Source: Octopus bimaculoides (lineage: Eukaryota). Taken from it: 33,566 nucleotides of DNA. The notes under the pieces were generated by a model. That model did not search any database. It was not told the DNA's origin and saw only the letters and a program-made list of their open reading frames with translations. This document shows positions 22,793 to 32,939 of this stretch, piece after piece (within the stretch, counting starts at the first letter, position 1; every line of letters starts with the position of its first letter). The translations under genes were made by a program, and so were the position numbers. The stretch spans positions 51,619,092-51,652,657 of the forward strand of contig NC_068988.1 of assembly GCF_001194135.2 (NCBI RefSeq), in the 5' to 3' direction.

Positions 22793-23024
22793 TCCTTTTG
22801 ACACCAAGCTGTCAGACTATTTTTCATTCTAGGATATGAAACCTTTTAAAATGTTCATATTCAAATTAAAAACTCATAATTTTATTCAAAAACATTTTGT
22901 TTAGTTATGTTTCAAATGCCAGCTTAATATTGATAAAGTCATTATATTAAAATCCCTCTAAACATTTTATCATTTTTCTATTATCAGAAACATAAAATTT
23001 CATTAGAAATATAGTCTTGAAAGG
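22793..23024 (+). mobile_element. TTAA-type MITE family 2, degraded full length
   Basis: TTAA|TCCTTTTGACACCAAG...TTCTAGGATATGAA...CCAGCTTAAT...TTTCATTAGAAATATAGTCTTGAAAGG|TTAT; colinear with 28900-29078. Confidence 0.6.
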
Positions 23025-23164
23025 TTATCAGAAGAAAATATTTTATCAGCTTTAAAATCAAAGTGACTTTCAAGCTTCTAAGGAAAACATTTCATAGAAT
23101 GTTTGCTTGCATTCAATAAATCTGTATTTCATTTTGTCTCCATAGATTCTTTTTCTTCTTCTTT

Positions 23165-23390
23165 AGGTGTAGACATGGTTGTGTGGTTGAGAGGTTTGCT
23201 TCCCATCACATGGTTTTGGGTTCAGTCCCATTGCGTGGTACCGTGGGCAAGTATCTTCTATTACAGCCTCAAGCTGACCAAAGCCTTGTAAATGGATTTG
23301 GTAAACAGAGACTGAAAGAAGTGTGTGCGTGAATGAAAGACAGTGAGACAGAATATGTGTGTGCGCGCGCGAGCGAGCGAGCGAGCGAGC

Positions 23391-23421
<31 letters not shown>

Positions 23422-23812
23422 AGACAGTGAGTGTGTGTATATGAAAGAGAGTGAGTGTGTGTGTGGAAGACAGAGTGAGTGTGTGGAAGACAGAGTGAGT
23501 GTGTGTGTGTGGAAGACAGAGAGAGAGTGAGTGTGTGTGTGTGTGTGTGGAAGACAGAGAGAGTGAGTGTGTGTGTGTGTATAAAAGACACAGAGAGAGA
23601 GTGTGTGTGTATGTGTCCTCTTGACATTACATGATTGTTGTAACTGAATGTCACTCATTTCCAATAATTTGCAGAAGCGCATGTCTGGCCATAGAGCAAT
23701 ATCATCTTGCTTGGAAACAGGTAAGAGCATCCAGACATAGAAAATCTGTCACAGTTAAACTCCATCCAACCTATTCAAGCATGAGAAAAGCAGATTTTAA
23801 AATGATGATGAT
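23165..23812 (+). mobile_element. tRNA plus CORE-headed SINE with expanded internal microsatellite and an (ATG)n-type 3' end
   Basis: Head ACATGGTTGTGTGGTTGAGAGG...GGTTCAGTCCCATTGCGTGGTACCGTGGGCAAGTATCTTCTA as in family B. Repeat tract at 23313-23612. 3' part GAGCATCCAGACATAGAAAATC...CATCCAACC...GCATGAGAAAAGCAGATTTTAAAATGATGATGAT as in family C. Confidence 0.8.
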
Positions 23813-25734
23813 CACAACACAAATTTAGACAAATACTACTTCACTGTCACACCATATGGGAGAATATAGAATACAGTGATAGATTTTTGTATAAGAAACT
23901 GAAAGACAGAACAACTATCATTATCAGAAAGCTCACATTAGATGAAAATATTGTATGTTTTGTTAGAACAGCTTTTGGAAGTTTATGAAAAGGAAAACCA
24001 TTTTTTTAATCAATAGTTAATACTGATTCTGTAAAATTAACCTTGATAAGATTCAGAGCCAGCAATAACACAAATATTTTCCAAAGAAAAATGAAAAGTA
24101 TGCAGCAAGATTGAAGCTAGTTCTGTTAAATAAATTTAAGTATCTACCTTTTCATTATGATCACTTCAACACAATCTCAAAAACTGATTAAAAATCTACA
24201 TTGTGATATTCAGTAGCTAAGATACAGTCATGCTGCAGATGGATCTCTGAGAATTGCCCAAATCACTGCCAATAGAATTGACAGTTAAAATTGTCATTAC
24301 AACATAGGCAACTTCAGTCTTTACAAAATCCATGGGCTGAGAAAGGTATAAAACCCACTGGCATAGAATTTTAAATTGTTACATGAGAGATAGCGATCTA
24401 CATAACTACTGAAAAAGATTTCGGTGCAGTCAGCAGCTGTATCATGTCAAAGGGTTAAGCTTACATAGGAGTTAAAAGTAATCCCTCACTTGCATGCTAT
24501 TACTAATTAAATAGCAATTAATCACAGTATGCAGGTGGACAGAAGAGTTATTATAAGCAAGGGAATAATAGCAATAAAGGGCACACTCTCACACAGGTCA
24601 GCCTAACCTGTTTATTTTAGCATGAACTTTGACCTGTATCATATGTATCTGATAGGAAATATTAACTGATATTTTACCACATGGGCTAGCACCTGCCAGT
24701 ATTTTACCAAGCAATATGTACTGTAAGTCAAATGATTCCATATGTTTTATAGCAAAATTTTTTCAGATAGGGTAAGGAAGATTCAATCTTCACAAATGAT
24801 GAGAACCTAACATATGTGAGTGCATGCATGCATGCACACAAAACGCTACTGGCGTCTCAGTGCATCCAGGATTAGAGTATAAAATTTTAAGGGTATTAAA
24901 TTAACAAAGTATACTATACAGATATTCAAAACATAACTTGGTTGGCTTTGTATGCTTCTAGTAGTCTTATAAAAACTTTAAAGAAAAGTTCTTAACATTG
25001 AACAATGTAAAATTACACTAACAGTGTATTAAAAAGTTTCAGGAGAAAATAAACTGTAGCTAAAGCTGTGGTTAACTGAATGTCATGTGTAACAGAAATA
25101 AAACTTCACAAATAATCTATTTCATGTATATACAAAAGATTGGCTTTTTTTTTTTCTTTTTGGGGTATCGTTTAAATGTTTTCTATTTTTAGGTCAGTCC
25201 TAAGGTGAAATAAATTCTTCTTGACAGCTTTGTTTCACCACCAGTCCTAATATATACACATGCGCACACGCATGTACTGTATATTATAGGAAATGAAAAG
25301 GTCAATGCCATGTAGTGACCAGAGATTTTATCTGGGAATGAAAATCCTTAAACTAACAAAGGATTGAAAAATATAAGCTGCCGAGTGGGTGGATTTCTTC
25401 AAAAGCGGTTGGGTTTCCATTAAAAATTTTTTTTAATCTGTTAATGTAGGTGGCACCATGTACATATATTTTACTTTTGGCAACAGATTTTTTTGCATAT
25501 ACATACAAGGTGAATGTTCACTGTATGTAAGAACTACATGCCCATGCTACATGCATGTGCATATATGCATGCCTGTGCATGCTACATGTTTATGTTAGTA
25601 TATATTTGTACATATGAGCTGTGTATTTACAACCATACACATGCATGCATCCACACAATATATGGGTGCACCTGTCTATCAGTCCAACTTTATATCTATA
25701 TGTCTGTGTTCTATGAGTGTTGGTGTGTGTATGA

Positions 25735-26540
25735 GAGTTTTTAGTTTTAAAGTTCATTTGTATAAACCTACCGTCTCTCTACTCCACATGAACTTTAGTT
25801 TTCTACATCAGCATTGGAAAAGGATGTATGATGATAACGCTGNNNNNNNNNNNNNNNNNNNNNNNNNNNNNNNNNNNNNNNNNNNNNNNNNNNNNNNNNN
25901 NNNNNNNNNNNNNNNNNNNNNNNNNNNNNNNNNNNNNNNNNNNNNNNNNNNNNNNNNNNNNNNNNNNNNNNNNNNNNNNNNNNNNNNNNNNNNNNNNNNN
26001 NNNNNNNNNNNNNNNNNNNNNNNNNNNNNNNNNNNNNNNNNNNNNNNNNNNNNNNNNNNNNNNNNNNNNNNNNNNNNNNNNNNNNNNNNNNNNNNNNNNN
26101 NNNNNNNNNNNNNNNNNNNNNNNNNNNNNNNNNNNNNNNNNNNNNNNNNNNNNNNNNNNNNNNNNNNNNNNNNNNNNNNNNNNNNNNNNNNNNNNNNNNN
26201 NNNNNNNNNNNNNNNNNNNNNNNNNNNNNNNAGTGGATGTTAAAACAATAATGATAATGAATGAGAGATACACATCTGCATGTTACAAGTCTTCCTTATC
26301 CCTAAATCAAACAATATTTCTTTGTCAGAAAAGCATAAAATGTGGTTTCAACAAGACAGTGCTCCACCACATTTTACAATTTGTATGAGGATTTATTTAA
26401 ATGAAACCCTTCCAGGAATGTGGATTATGAGAGAGAGACCAGTTGAATGGCCACAGAGTTCTCAGAACAAACACCAAGTCTATATGAATCAACCCAGAAC
26501 TATAAATGCAACTAAAAGAGCCAATCCTATCCATTAGTGA
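25735..26540 (+). pseudogene. Decayed Tc1/mariner-superfamily transposase, rosa/DD41D-like, spanning the gap
   Basis: Right of the gap: NERY / MLQVFLIP...WFQQDSAPPHFTICMRIYLNETLPGMWIMRERPVEWPQSS (cf. WFQQDGAPPH...RWIGRRGPIEWPPRSPDLTPLD), with the PDLTPLDFFLWG block deleted. Left of the gap: KVHLYKP...MYDDN (cf. LHPYK...DENP); this left part is less certain. Confidence 0.8.
25843..26231. other. Assembly gap (N-run)
   Basis: Run of n. Confidence 1.
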
Positions 26541-26585
26541 TAGTTATAAATATGAAACCTGCCTAATTCTTTCATGTCATAGTGA

Positions 26586-26870
26586 CCATCATCATCATTT
26601 AATGTTTATGTTTCAAGTTGGCATGGGTTGGACAGTTTGACAAGGACTCTATTATGCTCCAATGTCTGCTTTGGCATGATTTCTATAGCTGGATGCCTTT
26701 CCTAGTGCCAACTACTTTACTGGGTGCTGTTATCATGTAGCTGGCACTATTAAGAATACTTTGCAGCTTGCAAGACTATGAACCATGAGGAGAATGGTTT
26801 TATGTTGGGGAATGAGTCGTTAAGTACAAGACATGAGGAGAAGCAGAGCAGGTTCTTGTAGAAGAGCTAA
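26586..26870 (-). mobile_element. Family C ((ATG)n-tailed) repeat, degraded variant
   Basis: CATCATCATCATTTAATG...GGCATGGGTTGGACAG...TAGCTGGATGCCTTTCCTAGTGCCAAC. Confidence 0.75.
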
Positions 26871-27388
26871 TCTTAATTAGAAATAGGAAAACTTAGTTTG
26901 ATTTTTGTTTTTTTAACCCTTGTTCTCTTTATACATTATAAAACAACAAGACTGTATTATTAAACAAAAGCAAAAGACATAAGTATTGGTTGAAGGGTAA
27001 TTCAAATACTTAAGTAGTAATAAATAGGTGATGTGTCAACTGTTACTATTAACAAGTAATGAAAAAGCAAATAAGTAGATAGCGCCAACACCCTATACTA
27101 ATAGACTTACATCTATTTTTCTACAGCAGCATAAAACTTTTGTTAAAATAGATAATTTACATGTGAAAATATCAATTAGTTGAGTTAGATGACACCTCTC
27201 GCATCATTTTTGTAGTATTTGGGTACAAAAACCTCAACATTTATCTGGAAGTTTTAGTTGCAGTTAGGAAAAACCGGGGGGGGGGGGGGTAGGAGATTAA
27301 CAGGACTTTTTTTTTTTTCAGTGACTTAGAAGAGGAATGGGAAGGCCTAAAAGGAGACAAATCTACAACTCATGGGTCATACTCATAC

Positions 27389-27478
27389 CTGATATCTGCT
27401 TTGATTGCTTTAACAGAGTAGACACTCCACTAGCCACCCAAGAGCTAGGTGATGGTCCAGGAATGTGGACAAGTAAAT
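27389..27478 (-). CDS. Candidate 90-nt exon (or 186 nt if it starts at 27574) of an unidentified gene (speculative)
   Basis: Minus strand: gtgtcattag|atttac...gatatcag|gtatga, phase 1 to 1: (D)LLVHIPGPSPSSWVASGVSTLLKQSKQIS(G). It lies inside ORF 27363..27665, is not repeat-like, and is more GC-rich than its flanks. Confidence 0.3.
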
Positions 27479-27586
27479 CTAATGACACAGTTTTCAGTAA
27501 CATGAATGAAAGTGTTAACAAGAATGGCAATTTACCAAGTTGACTCACAGATGGTAGGTTAACAGTATAGCAAACTGATGACAAAA

Positions 27587-27800
27587 CAGTCGTGGCCAAA
27601 AGTTTGGAACATGTTTTTGAAAAATTTTCAAAATTACAGGAAGTCACATGATCTGCATCAAACATAACTAAAAAATTTTATAGATGCCCACTATATTACT
27701 GTCAGTAGTAATAATATATTGCAAATTAAATATAACTTTGGGCATTTAATACAAAAATTCTAATTTTCAGATCTATGTTCCAACCTTTTGGCCATGACTG
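27587..27800. mobile_element. Tc1-type MITE (214 bp)
   Basis: 26-bp TIRs CAGTCGTGGCCAAAAGTTTGGAACAT and ATGTTCCAACCTTTTGGCCATGACTG (24/26). Right flank is TA; left flank AA is a mutated TSD. Confidence 0.88.
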
Positions 27801-27892
27801 TACATGACAAGTACTTAGTGCTTTATATGCCATCAAGGTAAAAGATATGTTAAATGTATTCTGGGATTCTAGCAGCATAATTTCTGTCTGAG

Positions 27893-28259
27893 AGGCATAG
27901 ACATGGCTAAGTGGTTAAGAAGCTCACTTTGCAACCACATGGTTTTGGGTTCAGTCCCACTGTGTGGCATCTTGGGCAAGTGTCTTTCACTATAGCTCCA
28001 GGTCAACCAATGTCTTGTGAGGGAATTCAGCAGACAGAAATTGTGTGGAAGCCCATCATATGTATACATATATCTATGTTGTATGTGTCTCTGAGTCTCC
28101 ATCACCACCACTTGACAAGTGCTGCTGTGTCCCCATGACTTAGAAGTTTGGCAACAGACTTAAAATAAGTACTGGCATCGATTCATTCAACTAAAACTCT
28201 ACAAGGCAGTGTTCCAGCATGGCTGCAATCCAATGACTAAAACAAGTAAAAGGTAAAAA
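27893..28259 (+). mobile_element. SINE family B (tRNA plus CORE, OR2-like), full length
   Basis: GGCTAAGTGGTTAAGAAGC...GGTTCAGTCCCACTGTGTGGCATCTTGGGCAAGTGTCTT...CCAGCATGGCTGCAATCCAATGACTAAAACAAGTAAAAG. Confidence 0.9.
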
Positions 28260-28344
28260 TAACTCCTTTAAGATGGGAAATCCAGCCAAGACTATATATA
28301 TTCTTTTTACCAGAGACTAAATAATTTAAGAACTGCACCAGAGA

Positions 28345-28383
28345 CTACATGGTTGGAAAGCAAGCTTCTTAACCCAGAGCCAT
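28345..28383 (-). mobile_element. SINE family B head fragment
   Basis: CTACATGGTTGGAAAGCAAGCTTCTTAACCCAGAGCCAT is the reverse complement of the family B tRNA head. Confidence 0.6.
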
Positions 28384-28899
28384 ACTTTCTCAAACAAGAC
28401 TCAAACTTGAAAATGAAATGCTAGACTTGGAAACAGCCAAACTAGAGCATAAAACTTAGTTCTAAAAAATGCTAGCATTTATATATAATCAGGATATTTT
28501 TGTAAATACTACTGTAGTTACAAACAAGAACATGAAACAGAAAGCTATTTGAGTAGTTATTTCGCATAAGTATATTTATTTTCCTTTCTTCTTTTTAGAG
28601 GTGCTAGTGGGGATATAAACATGACTGGAGAAAATGACCAGCAAGAGATGCCATATATCACAAGAATAAGACAAAAGCTAATTTTCTTGTGTGTGCAAAT
28701 CACATAATGAACTTAGAGATCCAATAAGAAATAATAAGTTTCTCACCAAGACATTAGTAACATATTCAATTTTGTAAGATGTTCATATTTATTGGAATTC
28801 CTCTGTCACATATACTCAATATTGTTAGCCAACAATCACTCAATGCAATACCAACAACTTTATCAAAACAGACATTGCTAATTTGGCTTAGACCATTAA

Positions 28900-29078
28900 C
28901 TCTTGATACCAACCCACCTAAGACTGCCCCTGGTTCTATGATACAAATTCACTGTTTTAAGATGATCAAACTTTAAAATTTCCATCAAAATTTCATGATT
29001 ATTTTAATAAATTCTACATTGGTTTCAAAATTAATTGAAACAAAGGCAGTGTATTTCAACAGAAATATGATAAAAGTG
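28900..29078 (+). mobile_element. TTAA-type MITE family 2
   Basis: TTAA at 28896-28899 and 29079-29082; body ATACCAACCCACCTAAGACTGCCCCTGGTTCTATGATAC...CAGAAATATGATAAAAGTG. Confidence 0.7.
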
Positions 29079-29091
29079 TTAAACTATTTAA

Positions 29092-29571
29092 CCCTTTCAC
29101 ATTTAAGCTGGCCATATCCAGCTAAAATAATCTACCTGTGTAATCTTCAAACTGGCCAAATCTAGCCTCTCACACTTACCCCCACAATATTATTCCAGAA
29201 CTAAACAATCACATCATTGAAATCTCAGAGCTACAAGGTAATGCATGACTAATCTGCCTGACTGGCAACCAGTGCCAGTGGCATGTAAAAAGCACCATTG
29301 GAGCATGGCCAATGTCAGTGCCACCTGGATGGCTCCTGTGCTAGTGGCACGTGAAAAGCACCCACTACACTCTCACGGTGGTTGGCTTTAGGAAGGGCAT
29401 CCAGCTGTAGAAACCTTGCCAAATCAGATTGGAGCCTGGTGCAGCCTCCCAACCTGCAATTCTCAGTCAAACTATCCAACACATGCCAGCATGGAAAGCA
29501 GATATTAAATGACAACAATGATGTGAATAAATAAGTATTACATTTGACAGAGAAATCTGAATGCTAAAGGG
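29092..29571. mobile_element. TTAA-type MITE family 1 interrupted by a family C insertion
   Basis: TTAA|CCCTTTCACATT ... AATGCTAAAGGG|TTAA (TIR 10/12). Both halves are colinear with 6032-6265. Confidence 0.85.
29254..29523 (+). mobile_element. Family C ((ATG)n-tailed) retroposon nested in the MITE
   Basis: Two GGCAC/GGCAT...AAAAGCACC units, then GTGGTTGGCTTTAGGAAGGGCATCCAGCTGTAGAAACC...GCATGGAAAGCAGATATTAAATGAC. Confidence 0.88.
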
Positions 29572-29810
29572 TTAAGGACAACACAATCACGGTGCCAATA
29601 TAGTTCCTGAATTATAGAGAATATACAGTCTACATCCAATATGTAAAAAGTTGCACAAACAGCAGTCACTCTTAAGTATATATAGTCTCTGTTCAGATGT
29701 TATACCAGCACAGAGTTTCATGCCTCAGCATTTTCAGTGCTATTTACATTTAATGGCCTAGAAGCTTCCACCATTTACACCCTTCACTAACTCCAAATGC
29801 AAAAACTTAC

Positions 29811-29859
29811 TTGAAAGTATTTTGTGGATGATTACAAATTCATAAGACAAGAAGTCAAA
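29811..29859 (-). CDS. Candidate 49-nt exon (speculative)
   Basis: Minus strand: atttcttctttgatcagttag|tttgac...ctttcaa|gtaagt; FDFLSYEFVIIHKILS, phase 0 to 1. Confidence 0.15.
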
Positions 29860-30404
29860 CTAACTGATCAAAGAAGAAATTATAGAATCATGTAAAGCTT
29901 GGAACTGTAATCACAGAAAACTCTAAAAGCACAAACAATGCCTTGTCGCTGATTTCTTGGCCACTATTAATATTTATTTTCTTCTTGATGGTTTTTCCAG
30001 AGTATGTCATAAGCATGTTAATTCACACTATATTGCAGCATCTATATTTTAACAGGTTGATTTGAAATGTATCTAACATCAACTACCACTGGCGATAAAT
30101 GATTATCTTTATACTGCTTGGGACAAGTGTTTCCATTAAACAGGACCTCCATTTGGCTTCACAGATATAATGACATGTTTTTAACATGTAATGAACCAAA
30201 TTATCTCACAAAATAGCATTAAATCTAGCTACTTCTATCTGCATACATAAAAACATGTTTCTAATCTTGGGATGAAGAACAACATTTTTAAGAAAAGATG
30301 CTCTGAGAATTTGAAATGTTACTGTAGGAAAGTGAAGTGAAATGTCTTACTTAGGCAAAATAAATTTGCCAAACCAATGGTAGTACAATTTTTCCACGTG
30401 ATTA

Positions 30405-30595
30405 CTTGACTAGGTACAAATAGCAGCCAAATTTCTCTCAATCATAACCTATTGTCTTAAAAAATGAAGACCACATAGTACATGTAGGACTATATTATCC
30501 AATATCTGAAGAAAAAAAAAAAAAAAGATGAGATGGTCATGGCAGGAACACCTCTGATTGTTGGCCTTTCTAACCAGAGTTGGCTTGAGGCTAAA
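30405..30595 (+). mobile_element. SINE-like family D copy (tail runs into the gap at 30596-30605)
   Basis: TTGACTAGGTACAAATAGCAGCCAAATTTCTCTCAATC...GATGAGATGGTCATGGCAGGAACACCTCTGAT...GAGGCTAAA. Confidence 0.75.
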
Positions 30596-31109
30596 NNNNN
30601 NNNNNAAAAAAAAATAAAATAATAAAATAAATTTAGAATGTGACCATTTATGCCTATCCCAAGAATATTATTAGCAAGAAACAGAAATGAATGTTGGTTT
30701 CTCATATTGATACAGAATCATCTATCTGTATGGTAAGATCAACCATTACATGTCCAGTAATGAGAGGGAAGAAACAATCAATTCTACCTGATGGGATTTG
30801 AAATCAGAATGTAGAAATGTGAAAGTAAATCATATAAAGTATTTAGCTTCTGAGCTCCACCATCATGGTCATTCCACTGCATAGGAATAAGAAATATTGA
30901 TTTCAAAGTGACTCAAGGCAATAAATCTGTAAGAAATAGGAGGCATTATCAGAAAATTTCTGGACAGCGCATGATAGTACTGTTCAACAGAAATTAGTAC
31001 ACAGCTGGTGATTACTAGCAGCCAGCCTATTGAGTTAATCCACAACTAGGCTTTATTACTATCTATACATGTTCTGTTATCTGAGGTTTTGTATCATTTT
31101 GTGAGAATG

Positions 31110-31665
31110 ACACCTCTAGCTAGGTAACCATGTATCTCCTTCACAGCAGCACACCTCTTGTTAACTCCCACTCTCTCTAGGTAACCGTTTCTGCCCTTGT
31201 TAACTCTCACTCTCTCTCTGGCTGGGTAACCATGGACCTCCTCTACAGCAAGACATCTGTTTCTGCCTCTCTGTCACACTCTTATCTTCCATCATCTGAC
31301 ACAAGATCACCTCCTCCAATTCCCCTTCCCCTCTCAAAGACTCTTTATCTTGCAAAGTCACTTGGTGACCCCACCAGTGCAGGTGCCACTTAAAAAGCAA
31401 CCAGTCCATACTGTAAAGTGGTTAGCATTTGAAAGAGCATCCAGCTGTAAAAACCATGCTAAAACTGACCTTGCCTGTGCAAGTGCTACATAAAAAGCAC
31501 TCAGCCTACTCTACAGAGTGGTTGGTGTTAGAAAAGGCATCCAACCATAAAAACCATACCAAAACATACTCGGAAGCATGGCGCAGGCTCCCGCCTGGCC
31601 AGCTCCTGTCAAACTGTACAACCCATGCCAGCATGGAAGGAGGACATTAAACGATGATGATGATG
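31110..31665 (+). mobile_element. Long family C variant with internal duplication and (GAT)n tail
   Basis: Two GCCAC/GCTAC...AAAAAGCA...GTGGTT...GCATCCA...AAAACCAT units, ending CCCATGCCAGCATGGAAGGAGGACATTAAACGATGATGATGATG. The upstream part has three GGTAACC-containing subrepeats. Confidence 0.8.
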
Positions 31666-31685
31666 ACTCAGTCATTTTTATGTGA

Positions 31686-32280
31686 CAAAGAAATCTGAGT
31701 AATGTGTCTGCATCAAATTTTGCATAAAGCTCATTAAATATGCTACCAAGATTTTCAAAATGTTTCATGTATTCGGCAAACATTCAGAAATCCACATGCA
31801 GGACTTTTAGTCACATGTGTTTCAAGGTTGGTCAAAAGTCAGAGAAACCAAACACGAACAAAATGCCAGGAAATATGGAAAATAATTGTGAACTCATCCA
31901 TGAAAATCACTGCTGAACAATTCATCAACTGCTTGACATGATTAGAATAGTTATGGAGTCTACCAGGGGATTCTCAAAGAACACCCCTGAACATGCATTG
32001 CAATTTTTAAAAGAATAAAATGAAGTCATTTCACACCTGCTGTATTCACTTGACCTATCCTCATATGATTTTTCTATGTTTCCCAAAAACTGAAGTTTAA
32101 GAGGGTGCCACTTCAAGACAGTAAATGAAATTGTAGGTGTGACTGGGCTTCTATGGTGCCTTTAAAGCATGGAAAATATGCTGGGATCACTGGGCACTGT
32201 TCTATTTGGTATAGTCCTCACTTGGGCATTATCCTATTTGATATAGTCCTTCCAAGAGGACTATATCAAATAGGATAGTG
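31686..32280 (+). pseudogene. Decayed, internally deleted mariner (DD34D-type) transposase
   Basis: VCIKFCIKLIKYATKIFKMF (cf. ICIKFCFKLGKTATETFEML), ELIHENH..TIHQLLDMIRI, and HLLYSLDLSSYDFSMFPKN*SLRGCHFKTVNEI (cf. HPPYSPDLAPCDFFLFPKLK..LKG.HF). Confidence 0.85.
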
Positions 32281-32939
32281 TCTATATAAAATACATTACA
32301 TTATTTACAGGTATACAAGTGCACCTTTTAAGACCAGGTCTCACATCCCTCATACAGTTACTAAAATCAAGCCTAGTACTCACTGACCTTAAAAGAATGA
32401 AAAGTAAATTGAATTCTGTAAGAATTTTAAACTAAATTGTACACACAGAGAACTAAACATTCTAAAGTGAAGTTCATGATTTTGGATATATTCATATGTT
32501 GTGGAGAGGGGGTGCAGGCTCAAAGAGAATGTAAAGTTTTCTAACAGGTTTCATATAGTATAGAGAACCCTTGTTAAATTGTGCTAATAGAGGGGATGCC
32601 TGTTTAAGCCAATTGTCCCAGTTAAATGATGGCTGGGGTTAATATTGGATATGTGTAAGATGTAGAAAGCACACACTGTACACTGAACATGATAAACAGT
32701 TTCAAAATTAGAGAAAATATTGTAAACATTAAATAATAATTCAAAACATTTTATATAATTAATTTAACGTTACAGTATGTAAAAATTAAAAAGTTAATTT
32801 TGTAAAATTTTAATTTCATTTACTTGTGACAGATGTGAGATGAGGTAGATGTGGTCACAGTGGAGGTAAATAAAGTAGAACAATTAGTAAGCTACATATA
32901 CCTAGGGTAAATAATAAGCACCAAAACAAAAAAATAATG

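Noticed and set aside
23163-23730. 163-aa and 153-aa His/Thr/Ser-rich minus-strand ORFs
   Set aside because: They are translations of (CA)/(CT) microsatellite inside a SINE.
25514-26388. ORFs of 76-209 aa around the second large gap
   Set aside because: They consist of N-gap translation and decayed RY microsatellite; only the transposase-like parts are kept as a pseudogene.
27276-27289. G14 run (also G11 at ~5233) as a G-quadruplex element
   Set aside because: Isolated homopolymers with no functional context; their lengths may be sequencing artefacts.
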